Positions 9,477 to 19,350 of a DNA stretch of 64,000 bases are shown here, piece after piece. Each line of letters starts with the position of its first letter. Position 1 is the stretch's first letter. The position numbers were made by a program, and so were the translations under genes. The notes below the pieces were generated by a model. The model ran no database searches. It was given only the letters and a program-made list of their open reading frames with translations, and had not been told where the DNA came from. Origin of the DNA: a phage; the sequence record PQ478073.1; one strand, written 5' to 3'.

Positions 9477-9566
9477 ATGAGTTCAGAAGAGATGGAACGT
9501 GAGTTCCTTACTTACATGAATGTTAAACTAGCCAAATGGCGTAAATCAATTCAATAGGTATTTTAA

Positions 9567-10538
9567 ATGAAAACTAAAATTATTTCTGAACAAAAAATTG
9601 GCAATACTACAGTACTGAATCTTGAAGTTCAAGGTCTTAGTAATGTTCGTTCTCTTACGGTTTGTACTCAGAGAGATGATTTGACTGATTTCTATAGCTC
9701 AGAATACATGTCAGAAGAACCTTGGGATATGGGATGGTTGGACGGTAGTAGTTATATCAGTTCTCGTTATAGTTTTGGTTCTCATGAAAATATTGAACAA
9801 GTAAAAAATGAGTATATTAAACTCAGTGATACTATTGAAATGGAAGAAGTCGATTGTGTAGAACTTTTCATTTTTGAATTCGATGCCGGAAATGGTAATT
9901 CATTACTAGTAAGTAATATTGAAGAACATTTAATGTATCATGAAATTGAAGATGTAGATTTTGAAAGTATTAAAAATGTTGTTCATATGGTTGGTGGTAG
10001 TATTACGGATGATTCAGATATCGGTCATAATATTTCACTGTGCTTAATTTCTCATCCAAAAACTCGTGGTTTTAAAGTTCCACAAGATGAAACTTACGTG
10101 TTTGAAACTGCTGATGAAGGAATTTATCCTTGGAATGATTATGTAGAATACTATGGTCATTTCTGTTCTGATATAAAAGAACTGAAAAAAGGCGAACAAT
10201 ATTTTGATATGTTTCGTGCTGCACAGCGTTTAGTACTGAATAATACTGAACTATTTCCTGATCGCGGCGAAGAAAATATGATTGATATTATCTTCAAGAA
10301 CTATGATTATGTACAGAACATTCCTGATAATGTACATTTGGAATATGTTCACGGTTCTTCAAACAAATTCTATAATATTGAATTGAATGCTCCAGTGTGT
10401 GAAGTAATTATTGAGTACGGTTCTATTGGTAAAACCAGTACTACAGATGGTGAAGAATTCGAAACTATTGAAGAAGCACGTAAGTTCTTCGAGAAGAAAG
10501 TAATTTCTAAAATTAAAAGTGGTTATAGCCCAAAATGA
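9567..10538 (+). CDS. protein with C-terminal WGR-like domain
   Basis: C-terminus SNKFYNIEL...EYGSIGKT...FETIEEARKFF...KSGYSP resembles WGR domain. Confidence 0.45.
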   Translation: MKTKIISEQKIGNTTVLNLEVQGLSNVRSLTVCTQRDDLTDFYSSEYMSEEPWDMGWLDGSSYISSRYSFGSHENIEQVKNEYIKLSDTIEMEEVDCVELFIFEFDAGNGNSLLVSNIEEHLMYHEIEDVDFESIKNVVHMVGGSITDDSDIGHNISLCLISHPKTRGFKVPQDETYVFETADEGIYPWNDYVEYYGHFCSDIKELKKGEQYFDMFRAAQRLVLNNTELFPDRGEENMIDIIFKNYDYVQNIPDNVHLEYVHGSSNKFYNIELNAPVCEVIIEYGSIGKTSTTDGEEFETIEEARKFFEKKVISKIKSGYSPK

Positions 10539-10915
10539 AAATCACACGCTTTGGTAAAACCTTTGAACTAAACATTGTTTCTGTTTATAAAAAAGGAAAA
10601 TCAGGAAAGTTAAGCACTGATAATATTAGATTTGTTATTAGTGATTATTATGATATGTTTAATCAGGCATTTGAAGAAAATAAATTTGGTTTGATTTTAT
10701 GTAAACCACAAAAACCGGAATTAGGTATTTTGGATTTAAGAACTGATAAGTCTGATTTTATTGGTAATCTTGATATTATTGAATTTAAAGTTGATATATC
10801 AAAAGAACATTTTAGAGTTAAAAACTATAATTATTACAAAGTTGATATTAATTCTATCGAAGTACAAAACGTACTTGATGAACTTATCAGTAATAATTCG
10901 TGTTTTACTAAATGA
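10535..10915 (+). CDS. hypothetical protein
   Basis: ATGA-coupled ORF. Confidence 0.45.
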   Translation: MKITRFGKTFELNIVSVYKKGKSGKLSTDNIRFVISDYYDMFNQAFEENKFGLILCKPQKPELGILDLRTDKSDFIGNLDIIEFKVDISKEHFRVKNYNYYKVDINSIEVQNVLDELISNNSCFTK

Positions 10916-11160
10916 GAAAAAATATCATGAAAAATATATTCATTACATTAACAATATTTGTATCCATTATTCTCTGTGGTTGTGCTCCTAAAGTTGATGA
11001 GATGGATGCTGAAATCATCCGTCAAGGTTTAACAAAACTAAATCATCAAGGAACACTATATGCATGTCATACTATGCGTCATGGGCAAGATCTTAATCTC
11101 ATGTGCAGGAAGATTGTGAATCGCAAACGTCTTAATACTGTTCCGAAGGATGCACAATGA
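10912..11160 (+). CDS. putative lipoprotein
   Basis: signal peptide with lipobox-like ILCGC. Confidence 0.4.
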   Translation: MRKNIMKNIFITLTIFVSIILCGCAPKVDEMDAEIIRQGLTKLNHQGTLYACHTMRHGQDLNLMCRKIVNRKRLNTVPKDAQ

Positions 11161-11327
11161 AAGAAGTAATTGGCTACAAATGTAAAAATTGTGGCAAAGA
11201 TAAGGGTAAGCATTCAATACAAGGAATGGCTTGTCCAAATCCAGGACGTGGTAATTTCAGAGGGTTCAGTACTGAAAAGTCTTACGAACCGGATCATACC
11301 AAACCTGTAATGGGTTATAAATTATGA
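11157..11327 (+). CDS. small zinc-ribbon-like protein (not in ORF track, under 60 aa)
   Basis: 56-aa ORF with CKNCG...CPNPG; ATGA overlaps at both ends. Confidence 0.3.
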   Translation: MKEVIGYKCKNCGKDKGKHSIQGMACPNPGRGNFRGFSTEKSYEPDHTKPVMGYKL

Positions 11328-11683
11328 GTGATTATGTAGCATTTCTTCATCGCTTTGGAGAAGCTAAAGAAAAACATATTATCCGTATGCCATTATATGG
11401 TGAAAAAGACTGGTACAAAAGTACTATCAGTGTAGGTGCATTTCGTGACCGTGAAGCTGGATTCTTTCTGGGTAAGCAACATGAACGAGAGGTACTTTGC
11501 TCACTTTGGCGTTTAGATGAATGGGATAGTGAGAACGTAAGAACTGCTGAATCAATGATGGCTATTGTTGGTATTGCGAACTATCAGCACCCATATGATC
11601 TATTACCTACATTTGAACATGCTTCTTTGTTTGACTTTTACAAAGCAGTAGGGTATGATTATAAAAAGAAACGTTACGTTTAA
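11324..11683 (+). CDS. hypothetical protein
   Basis: ATG-initiated ORF, coupled. Confidence 0.5.
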   Translation: MSDYVAFLHRFGEAKEKHIIRMPLYGEKDWYKSTISVGAFRDREAGFFLGKQHEREVLCSLWRLDEWDSENVRTAESMMAIVGIANYQHPYDLLPTFEHASLFDFYKAVGYDYKKKRYV

Positions 11684-11729
11684 CATCAGTACTGCCACTA
11701 TGGACGGTACTTTTTAATTGGAGATTACT

Positions 11730-12344
11730 ATGACTACATCGGAAAAGTACTGGTGGATTTTGGGTCATCCTAAATTCATAAACAAAGATATGGTTCCAGC
11801 TAGGATTGATATAGAACCTCATGATGTGTGTCCAATGACAAATCGAATTGAAGATTTCAAAGCATTGAATACAAAGACTCAATTTTGGGTAGAATTTCTT
11901 TCACCAATGTATATTGAGCAAGACGACGAATGGGTACAAGCACATGATTATCAATTGGATTGTGGTGGTGATACGTATGAAGAGGCCATTGATGAATTAT
12001 ACAAAAATGTGCTAAGAACATATGGTGATTACACCCAACAAGAAGCGGACGATGAATTTAATAAGATCCATGTAGCTATTTCGACATCATCAATTTATAA
12101 TCCCACTAAAACAGTTTGGGAGGAACGACACAGTTGGTGTTCATGTGTAATCGATGAAGAAACCAAAGAAAAAATCATCGATGACATAAAAAATTTAAAA
12201 AATACAATCCAAGCCTTGCGTGCATTCATAAAGTCTTGTACAATAGAAGAACAGCAAGAGGCAAAGATACATTTGGAGAGTGAAGAATGTAAACTTTGGG
12301 TTCTAGAAAAATCACTTGAAAAGGGTATAGACTTAGACTTATGA
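11730..12344 (+). CDS. hypothetical protein
   Basis: ORF-track start is TTG 11718; ATG 11730 has GGAG RBS. Confidence 0.5.
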   Translation: MTTSEKYWWILGHPKFINKDMVPARIDIEPHDVCPMTNRIEDFKALNTKTQFWVEFLSPMYIEQDDEWVQAHDYQLDCGGDTYEEAIDELYKNVLRTYGDYTQQEADDEFNKIHVAISTSSIYNPTKTVWEERHSWCSCVIDEETKEKIIDDIKNLKNTIQALRAFIKSCTIEEQQEAKIHLESEECKLWVLEKSLEKGIDLDL

Positions 12345-12709
12345 ATAGTAAATTGGAGAAACTTGTTGAAGAATTACGCCGGATGCCACCTATTGAGCAA
12401 GTAGGGAACTACAAGCGGTATCGTGTGATTGCTCGTGCACTGGATAAAAAAGGGCGAGTACTGGCAACACGCACAAATTCTTATACACAGACACATCCAG
12501 TACAGAAAGGTTTTGCAATTCGTGCTGGACGTCCACAAGGTGAATTTCTCCATGCTGAAATTTCTTGCTTATTAGCTGCACGTGCTGATGTTCATACTTT
12601 ACTGATTGCACGGATAAGTAAAGATGGTATTCCTGTACCTGCTAAACCATGTGAAATTTGCACATTAGCAATTATGGAATACGGGGTTAAGGAAATTATC
12701 CACACATGA
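12341..12709 (+). CDS. cytidine/deoxycytidylate deaminase-family zinc-binding protein
   Basis: HAEISCLL and PCEICTLAI motifs (H-A-E / PCxxC). Confidence 0.5.
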   Translation: MNSKLEKLVEELRRMPPIEQVGNYKRYRVIARALDKKGRVLATRTNSYTQTHPVQKGFAIRAGRPQGEFLHAEISCLLAARADVHTLLIARISKDGIPVPAKPCEICTLAIMEYGVKEIIHT

Positions 12710-12930
12710 AGAAAATCGAGCGTTATACAAACCATACCGTTGTAGTTGAAAATGATATATTTTATTATTATATTTTCAGACCTATACATTGTTGCCAAAT
12801 AACAACATACAATAGTGGAAGGTTTTATGACAAGAACTTTCACATTACTGAGTTAGCAAAATATTCCAGTACTGAACACTTTAGTAATCTAGTATATGTG
12901 TACTGTATACCAAACCCAAATAACAAGTAG
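12706..12930 (+). CDS. hypothetical small protein
   Basis: ATGA-coupled; C-terminal motif shared with ORF at 45751. Confidence 0.35.
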   Translation: MKKIERYTNHTVVVENDIFYYYIFRPIHCCQITTYNSGRFYDKNFHITELAKYSSTEHFSNLVYVYCIPNPNNK

Positions 12931-12939
12931 GAGATTAAA

Positions 12940-13299
12940 ATGGCTAAAACTATTTCTTTAAAAAATGAAAATGTAGGACAACGCAAAGATGGTTTCTTTG
13001 GATTCTCATGGACAACATTATTCTTTGGACCGTTCCCTGCATTGTTTCGTGGTGACTTTATTACGTTCATCGGTGCATTTGTAATTTACTTCATCCTCAA
13101 CGCAGTGTCATTTTGGATTGTGGGTACAATTGCAATGGTCGTGTGGGCATTTCTTTACAATAAGTACTACACAGTGAATCTCATTAAGAATGGGTATAAA
13201 TTCAATGGCACACATGAAGAAAATGCTGAAGCTGCAATGGCTTTACAAATTGATTTGAATAAAAACAACACAGTTGATAAAAACAAAGATCCAGAATAA
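12940..13299 (+). CDS. membrane protein
   Basis: GGAG RBS; two hydrophobic helices. Confidence 0.5.
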   Translation: MAKTISLKNENVGQRKDGFFGFSWTTLFFGPFPALFRGDFITFIGAFVIYFILNAVSFWIVGTIAMVVWAFLYNKYYTVNLIKNGYKFNGTHEENAEAAMALQIDLNKNNTVDKNKDPE

Positions 13300-13515
13300 A
13301 TGGAAAAATATGACATAATTTACGATTATTATGGTAAGGCTTATATGAAGTGTGGGCGTTATGTTGAACTCTCTAATAGAGAATCAATAGATCCCCACAC
13401 TATTATAACAATTCATAATTCGTACTATAAAAAAGTTACAATAGCTAATTTTGCAACATACGTAAATAATCCTTTATTTCCTTACATTATTCAGTACTAC
13501 TGTAACGTTTTGTAG
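13300..13515 (+). CDS. hypothetical protein
   Basis: ORF directly abutting upstream stop. Confidence 0.4.
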   Translation: MEKYDIIYDYYGKAYMKCGRYVELSNRESIDPHTIITIHNSYYKKVTIANFATYVNNPLFPYIIQYYCNVL

Positions 13516-13528
13516 TAGGAGTTATATT

Positions 13529-13714
13529 ATGGGAAGTGTAATATTTAAAAAAGAATACGATGGTGAAAGTCTCTATGATATTCAGAGAGATGTGCATGAA
13601 GCCTTCGATTCAAGATTTAACCCATTAGCTGAACAAATCCCACAAGATGAGTTTGGTTTTCAAGAAGGGACGTTCACAGTAACTATTACATGGAGTCCAG
13701 ATGAGACTAATTAA
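13529..13714 (+). CDS. hypothetical protein
   Basis: AGGAG RBS. Confidence 0.4.
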   Translation: MGSVIFKKEYDGESLYDIQRDVHEAFDSRFNPLAEQIPQDEFGFQEGTFTVTITWSPDETN

Positions 13715-13817
13715 ACTATTCATTGGTTGCAGTGCAATTGCAATTTATATGTTATGCCCAGCACCAATTAACACTGTTATGCTAATTTGGGCAGTTGTTA
13801 TATTAGCAGTACTTTAA

Positions 13818-13839
13818 AAGCACCCTTGTGGTGCTTTTT
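13818..13839 (+). terminator. intrinsic terminator
   Basis: GCACC/GGTGC stem, T-run. Confidence 0.55.
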
Positions 13840-13977
13840 CTATTTGTGCAAATAAAAAGCAATGTGACTTTTCCTTGATATAGGTCAAGAGAAATAACCT
13901 GTTCTGACGCTATAATGTTGTCTGGTGATATTAAATATCTTCACCCCCAGATGATTTCAAAATACAAGGAATGTACA

Positions 13978-15783
13978 ATGCAATTAGATAAATTATATAC
14001 CGATGTAACAAATTTCCTAAATCAGAGTAATACTGATCTTACTAATGAAAACGCTAATAAAGATGCAAAATGCGTCAATACACATAGAGATTTACTAGCA
14101 GGTATTCTATCTAAGCATTATTCACAAGATGTTATTCCCACCGAGTTAATGCAATGGCATAATGATGGATATGGTCATATTCATGATTTAGATTACTATA
14201 TTAGCCCATTGACCAATTGTTGCTTGGTTAACTATCCTGATATGCTTAAAAACGGCTTCACTATTGGTTGTGCTAAAATTGAAGAACCAAAAAGTTTCAG
14301 TGTAGCTTGCACAGTACTGACACAAATTGTCCAAGCTGTTGCCAGTTCCCAATATGGTGGTCAATCTTTGGCTCACATTGATGTCGGATTAGAACCTTAC
14401 GTTCAAAAGTCATGGGATAAGCTGTTAGAAAAACAAAAGAAATATAATCTAAGTGATGAATTCATTGAAGAAGAACTACGTAAAGAAGTGTATGATGGCT
14501 GCCAAACATTACTTTACCAAACTAATTCAATGATTAGTACTAATGGTCAAGCTGCATTTATTTCTCTTAGTTTAGGTCTTAACACTTCTAAATTTGGTAA
14601 ATTAATCACTGAACAGTACTTAAAAGTCCATGAGAATGGTTTAGGTAAAGATAAGATTACTCCAGTGTTTCCTAAAGTAATTTTCTTTTTACAAGATGGT
14701 ATAAACATGAATACCAACGATAGTAATTATGACCTTAAACAGTTAGCTATGCGTTGTGCATCAAAACGAATCTACCCTGACTTTGTTTCAGTACCATTAA
14801 ATCACAAAGTGACTGGAAGTAGTAGTACTGCTGTAACACCGATGGGCTGTCGTTCATTCTTAGGAAAATGGGAAGATTCAAATGGAAATGAACAATACAA
14901 CGGTCGTTTCAATTTAGGTGTGGTTTCTATCAATTTACCTCTAATTGCTCTTGAGAGTACTTCTGACGGAGAGTTTTTTGATAAGATAGACGAGCATATG
15001 AATATTGCATATCGTGCTCAGATGAACCGCGTAGAGCGTTTAAAAGGCACTAAAGCAAAGCAAAATCCAATTTTGTTCATGGAAGGTGCATTAGCACGTT
15101 TAGGTGCAGAAGAAACCATTGACAAGCTATTTTACAATGGTTATGCTAGTATTAGTATTGGTTATGTTGGACTTGTTGAATGTTCAGAAATCCTCACTGG
15201 TTCTATCAGTAAGGAGTTTTGTATGTCAGTACTGAATTATATGAAAGTAAAATGCGATGAGTTCAAAAAAGAGAGTAATATAGCTTTTAGTCTATATGGA
15301 ACGCCAGCAGAGTCACTTTGTTATAAATTTGCACGTTGTATTGAAGCAAAATATCCTTCAGTACTAAAACGTGATTACATCACAAATTCCTTCCATCAAC
15401 CAGTATGGGTAGAAAGTTCTCCATTTGATAAATGGAGTTATGAAGAAGGCTTTGCTTACCTAAGTAACGGTGGAAACATCAGTTATGTTGAATCTCCAAA
15501 CTTAGCAAACAACATTCAAGCACTTGAAACATTAGTTAACTATGCTTACACGAAGATACCATATTTTGGTATTAACCAACCAGTTGACCATTGTTATGAA
15601 TGTGGCTTCCAGGGTGAGTTCAGTGTAGATAAACATGGTTTCCACTGTCCGGTATGTGATAATCGTAATGAGAAGACAATCTCAGTGATTCGTCGTGTTT
15701 CTGGTTACTTGGGTAATCCTTCTTCGCGTGGATTCAATAAAGGCAAACAACAAGAGTGTTGTGAGCGTATTCAGCACAAATAA
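13978..15783 (+). CDS. nrdD: anaerobic ribonucleoside-triphosphate reductase (class III RNR)
   Basis: strong similarity to recalled T4 NrdD (LTNENANKD N-terminus, glycyl-radical RVSGYLG, C-terminal Cys cluster); start set to ATG 13978 by homology and AAGGA RBS. Confidence 0.9.
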   Translation: MQLDKLYTDVTNFLNQSNTDLTNENANKDAKCVNTHRDLLAGILSKHYSQDVIPTELMQWHNDGYGHIHDLDYYISPLTNCCLVNYPDMLKNGFTIGCAKIEEPKSFSVACTVLTQIVQAVASSQYGGQSLAHIDVGLEPYVQKSWDKLLEKQKKYNLSDEFIEEELRKEVYDGCQTLLYQTNSMISTNGQAAFISLSLGLNTSKFGKLITEQYLKVHENGLGKDKITPVFPKVIFFLQDGINMNTNDSNYDLKQLAMRCASKRIYPDFVSVPLNHKVTGSSSTAVTPMGCRSFLGKWEDSNGNEQYNGRFNLGVVSINLPLIALESTSDGEFFDKIDEHMNIAYRAQMNRVERLKGTKAKQNPILFMEGALARLGAEETIDKLFYNGYASISIGYVGLVECSEILTGSISKEFCMSVLNYMKVKCDEFKKESNIAFSLYGTPAESLCYKFARCIEAKYPSVLKRDYITNSFHQPVWVESSPFDKWSYEEGFAYLSNGGNISYVESPNLANNIQALETLVNYAYTKIPYFGINQPVDHCYECGFQGEFSVDKHGFHCPVCDNRNEKTISVIRRVSGYLGNPSSRGFNKGKQQECCERIQHK

Positions 15784-15791
15784 GGTAAATT

Positions 15792-16124
15792 ATGGATTTA
15801 AAGCCAATTGTGGTTAACAAATACAAAGAACCGTATGATGTGTATATTGGACGTGGGTCTAAATGGGGAAACCCATTTACCCATATTAAAGATAAACAAA
15901 CTAAAGCCGAATTCATTGTTAGTACAAGAGAAGAATCAATTGAAAAATTCAGAGAATACATTATTGAACGTATTTCTTGTGGAGAAGTTAAGATTGATGA
16001 ATTACTTGAACTCGCAGGGAAACGCCTTGGTTGTTTCTGTAAACCCAAATCATGTCACGGCGATGTTCTTGTCGAAATAGTGAGTGCAATATTAGATGAA
16101 TTACCAGACGATAATCAAGGATGA
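15792..16124 (+). CDS. conserved hypothetical protein (GSKWGNPF motif)
   Basis: AAGGTA RBS; sits between nrdD and nrdG. Confidence 0.5.
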   Translation: MDLKPIVVNKYKEPYDVYIGRGSKWGNPFTHIKDKQTKAEFIVSTREESIEKFREYIIERISCGEVKIDELLELAGKRLGCFCKPKSCHGDVLVEIVSAILDELPDDNQG

Positions 16125-16566
16125 TTTAGTAAATGGAGAGGGCGTTCGCTGCTCTTTATTTGTTAGTGGGTGTTCGCACGGATGTGATGGTTGCTTCAAT
16201 GAAGAAGCATGGGACTACCGAAGTGGACAAGAGTTCAGTACTGAAACAGTTGAGATTATACTACAGGAACTAAAAAAACCATATGTTAGTGGGTTGTCAC
16301 TTCTAGGTGGTGATCCATTAATGAAAAAGAATATAGATGAAGTTTTAAATCTATGCAAAGTAGTTAAAGAAACTTATCCTAGTAAAACTATTTGGTGCTG
16401 GAGTGGGTATACTTTAGATGAGATTATGAAAAATCATTCTAAAGATATACTTCAGTACTTAGATGTATTAGTTGATGGTAAGTTTATTGAGTCCGAAAAG
16501 AATTTAAAATTACCTTTCCGTGGTTCAAATAATCAAAGAATACTATATAAAAATAAAGATTTTTAA
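16096..16566 (+). CDS. nrdG: anaerobic RNR activating protein (radical SAM)
   Basis: aligns end to end with recalled E. coli NrdG (MNY...VNG.G.RC.LFVSGC.H.C.GC.N); overlaps upstream ORF by 29 nt. Confidence 0.9.
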   Translation: MNYQTIIKDDLVNGEGVRCSLFVSGCSHGCDGCFNEEAWDYRSGQEFSTETVEIILQELKKPYVSGLSLLGGDPLMKKNIDEVLNLCKVVKETYPSKTIWCWSGYTLDEIMKNHSKDILQYLDVLVDGKFIESEKNLKLPFRGSNNQRILYKNKDF

Positions 16567-16570
16567 CATA

Positions 16571-16592
16571 AGCACCCGTTGGGTGCTTTTTT
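16571..16592 (+). terminator. intrinsic terminator
   Basis: AGCACCC/GGGTGCT stem, T6. Confidence 0.6.
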
Positions 16593-16642
16593 GTTATGTA
16601 TATAAATACATTAACTAATATCTAATTTATAAGGGATATATA

Positions 16643-19339
16643 ATGTCAAAGAAAATATATGGTGGCTTGGATGTCACACATAATGTGACAGTTAATGGTA
16701 AAAGAACAATACAAGGTATCAATGATCAAGTATTTGATGCTAATGGCAATATGGAGCTAGATACTTATTCAAGAGATGAAGTACTAGATATCGTCAGTAT
16801 GATGCCAATTTCCCATTATGGGTCACAAAACTATCTTCCTGCTGGTGTATCTGGTGATTTCAATGGTGCATCTGAAAACCAGTCCCAACGTAGAAATAAA
16901 ATTTTATTAGAAAACGATGGTACACTCGTATTATTACGTAGTGGTACAAACGGTAGTGTTGAGGGATTATATTATTCATATTTGGCTAACGCATTATCAG
17001 TTGATGACATGAGCCGTACAATTAACACCAGTCGTCAATACAAGCCTGGTTTTTTCGGTTCAAATCGCGTCGCAATTGGCTTATACAATACTGATCCAAA
17101 TATTTTACTCGGTAGATATGTAGACACTTCTAACAGTACTAATGGATTGTTTATTTCTATTACTAATGGTACATTAGATGATAAATTACATACTGGTTTT
17201 TTTGTAAATCAAGCAGATATTTGCCCTGAAGGGGGTATAGAATTTGCAATGATGGCTGAAGATGGTTCAATCTATGTCTTTAGTGTTCTTAATGAAAATA
17301 ACCAACTACAGTTAGTTGTTGTCCGAGTTGTATATAATATTAGCAATGGAACATATACGGCAACTCGTATTACAGGATGGACTACAAAAACATTCTATAA
17401 TACAACTTATTCTGCACAGAATAACATGGTTATTACTAATCAAGTAACTTCAACTAATATAGCAGATAAGCCTTATGTGTATGTACCACAAAACCTACGT
17501 GGTATTGGGATTTATATGACATCCATTGATTTGTATGTTGCACAGCAACCAGGAACACAGAACTTTCGTTTTAGAATGAATGGTGATGCATGGTTTACAA
17601 TGGCGACATATAATGTCCGACCACAACATAGCTACAGCTTTGCATTTAATATGAGTACTAAACAATGCACCCTAGACGCTGGGAATGACATAGGTTCATA
17701 TCAAGCACCATTGGTTATAACCAATACTGGCTCTGCATTAGTGCCTACAGGTAACGTTTTAAATAATGATCCATTATATAATCATGCTGGTGCAAGAAAC
17801 ATTTATAGTTCATATTTTTATTTGAATTCTGGTGAAGCTTTTTGTACTGCATGTCCAAACTTAGCAGAACCATTACTTATGCAAAAAGCTAAGTTTCCTA
17901 TTCAAATAGTTTATAGTATGCTGAATGTCCGTGCTGTACTTTCTACTGACTTCAAAGGTGGTATAGTTCGCCCGTCTTTTGGTTCAGCGGTTGGTTCATT
18001 TATTAATGGTGTAGAATTACTACCAGATAACAGTACTAAACAATATTCACGTGCATCAGGTAGTGGTGGATTTAGACCATCATATGCAGTTCATAAAAGT
18101 ACTCCTAATTTTACATTTAAATCATTATCTTTAGGAACAATACAAGGTTATGAACCTACAGTTGAACGTGCTAATGTTGATGATAATGCAAATAATAGAA
18201 TTTTTATTAGTAGTATTTCTGGGTCAACTGTCACAACCAATGGTGGTATTTTTATGGTTGGGCAACGTTATTCACAATCATTATCCTATGATAAAAACTT
18301 AAATGGCACAGGAATTATAAGCGTTACACAATCAGTACTGGACAATTTTAGAAATACTGAATATGCCAAAGTTCTAAGTGACTGGAATTTATCAGCACAA
18401 GCATACCGTGATATGACACTATTTGTTCCACAACAAACAGACATTCCAGCTTTTGTTATGTTGAGTACAATTACTAATGATTATAGAAACTATATTAGAA
18501 TTGCTGAAGTTAATGTCAATACTAGAGTTGGTAATATTACATCTATTACATTTAAGCGTTTAGTACTTGAGAATACGTATGGTGATAACTTTACACCAAC
18601 TGGGAATGGTTCGATTGCATCTTCTTCTGTTGGTTTGACCATATATGATGGTGGTTCATTCTACTTCATTGGTGGTTCTGACCCATTATCACATCCAACA
18701 ATAGGTAATACTGCAACTCATCAATTTAGAGCATATGTAACTAAATCAACTGCACAATTTACAAGTTTTATAATTACTGGTTCTCATGCCAGTTATGAAC
18801 AAGGAAGTCAACCAGCAGCGTTACCTGGTATTGGTTTTGGAATTTTTGAACCAATGGATTACTCAAATAAAATGACATTCAAAAAATATGGAACAACGAT
18901 TGCAGACTATAATAACTGGACTGCACAAGGTAGCCCAATTAACGTAGTATCCCAGGACGTTGCTCAAGGGTTTATTGTATATTTTACAGAGGAAACACCA
19001 GTTATTCTTTCAGGTAAGTCATTTTCACTACCAGTTTCAAATATTGATTTGAGAACTATTAAGTCTAATCCAGCAAATACAACATTTTATGTATATGTTA
19101 AATTGGAACAAGGATTGGCAAACTATTACATAACTACTGATGTTATTTCTGAAACAGGAACAACTGCATATAATATTTTTTGGATAGGTACAATTCAAAC
19201 TAACGCAATTCAAATCGAAACAATTAATATACAAAAACGTTCCCGTTTAGATATATTTGGTGCTTCACTTGAATCAGCAGGTTCATCGTTCCCAGTTAGC
19301 TACGGTCTACCATCACAAACAGGAACCATAAACTGGTAA
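16643..19339 (+). CDS. tail fibre protein (paralog family)
   Basis: 898 aa, T/S/N/G-rich; shares N- and C-terminal modules with 19955-22684 and 19351-19938. Confidence 0.6.
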   Translation: MSKKIYGGLDVTHNVTVNGKRTIQGINDQVFDANGNMELDTYSRDEVLDIVSMMPISHYGSQNYLPAGVSGDFNGASENQSQRRNKILLENDGTLVLLRSGTNGSVEGLYYSYLANALSVDDMSRTINTSRQYKPGFFGSNRVAIGLYNTDPNILLGRYVDTSNSTNGLFISITNGTLDDKLHTGFFVNQADICPEGGIEFAMMAEDGSIYVFSVLNENNQLQLVVVRVVYNISNGTYTATRITGWTTKTFYNTTYSAQNNMVITNQVTSTNIADKPYVYVPQNLRGIGIYMTSIDLYVAQQPGTQNFRFRMNGDAWFTMATYNVRPQHSYSFAFNMSTKQCTLDAGNDIGSYQAPLVITNTGSALVPTGNVLNNDPLYNHAGARNIYSSYFYLNSGEAFCTACPNLAEPLLMQKAKFPIQIVYSMLNVRAVLSTDFKGGIVRPSFGSAVGSFINGVELLPDNSTKQYSRASGSGGFRPSYAVHKSTPNFTFKSLSLGTIQGYEPTVERANVDDNANNRIFISSISGSTVTTNGGIFMVGQRYSQSLSYDKNLNGTGIISVTQSVLDNFRNTEYAKVLSDWNLSAQAYRDMTLFVPQQTDIPAFVMLSTITNDYRNYIRIAEVNVNTRVGNITSITFKRLVLENTYGDNFTPTGNGSIASSSVGLTIYDGGSFYFIGGSDPLSHPTIGNTATHQFRAYVTKSTAQFTSFIITGSHASYEQGSQPAALPGIGFGIFEPMDYSNKMTFKKYGTTIADYNNWTAQGSPINVVSQDVAQGFIVYFTEETPVILSGKSFSLPVSNIDLRTIKSNPANTTFYVYVKLEQGLANYYITTDVISETGTTAYNIFWIGTIQTNAIQIETINIQKRSRLDIFGASLESAGSSFPVSYGLPSQTGTINW

Positions 19340-19350
19340 AGGATTACATA

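Noticed and set aside
12855-12930. Protein paralogy between the C-termini of ORFs 12706-12930 and 45751-45969
   Set aside because: The similarity is also visible at the DNA level upstream of the next genes and may reflect a shared regulatory motif; ORF 45751 starts at TTG without an RBS.
13754-13822. 22-aa hydrophobic peptide ORF upstream of the nrdD terminator
   Set aside because: Too short, no RBS, overlaps a terminator stem.
15808-16080. Alternative-frame ORF within 15792-16124
   Set aside because: Out-of-frame overlap with an RBS-supported ORF.
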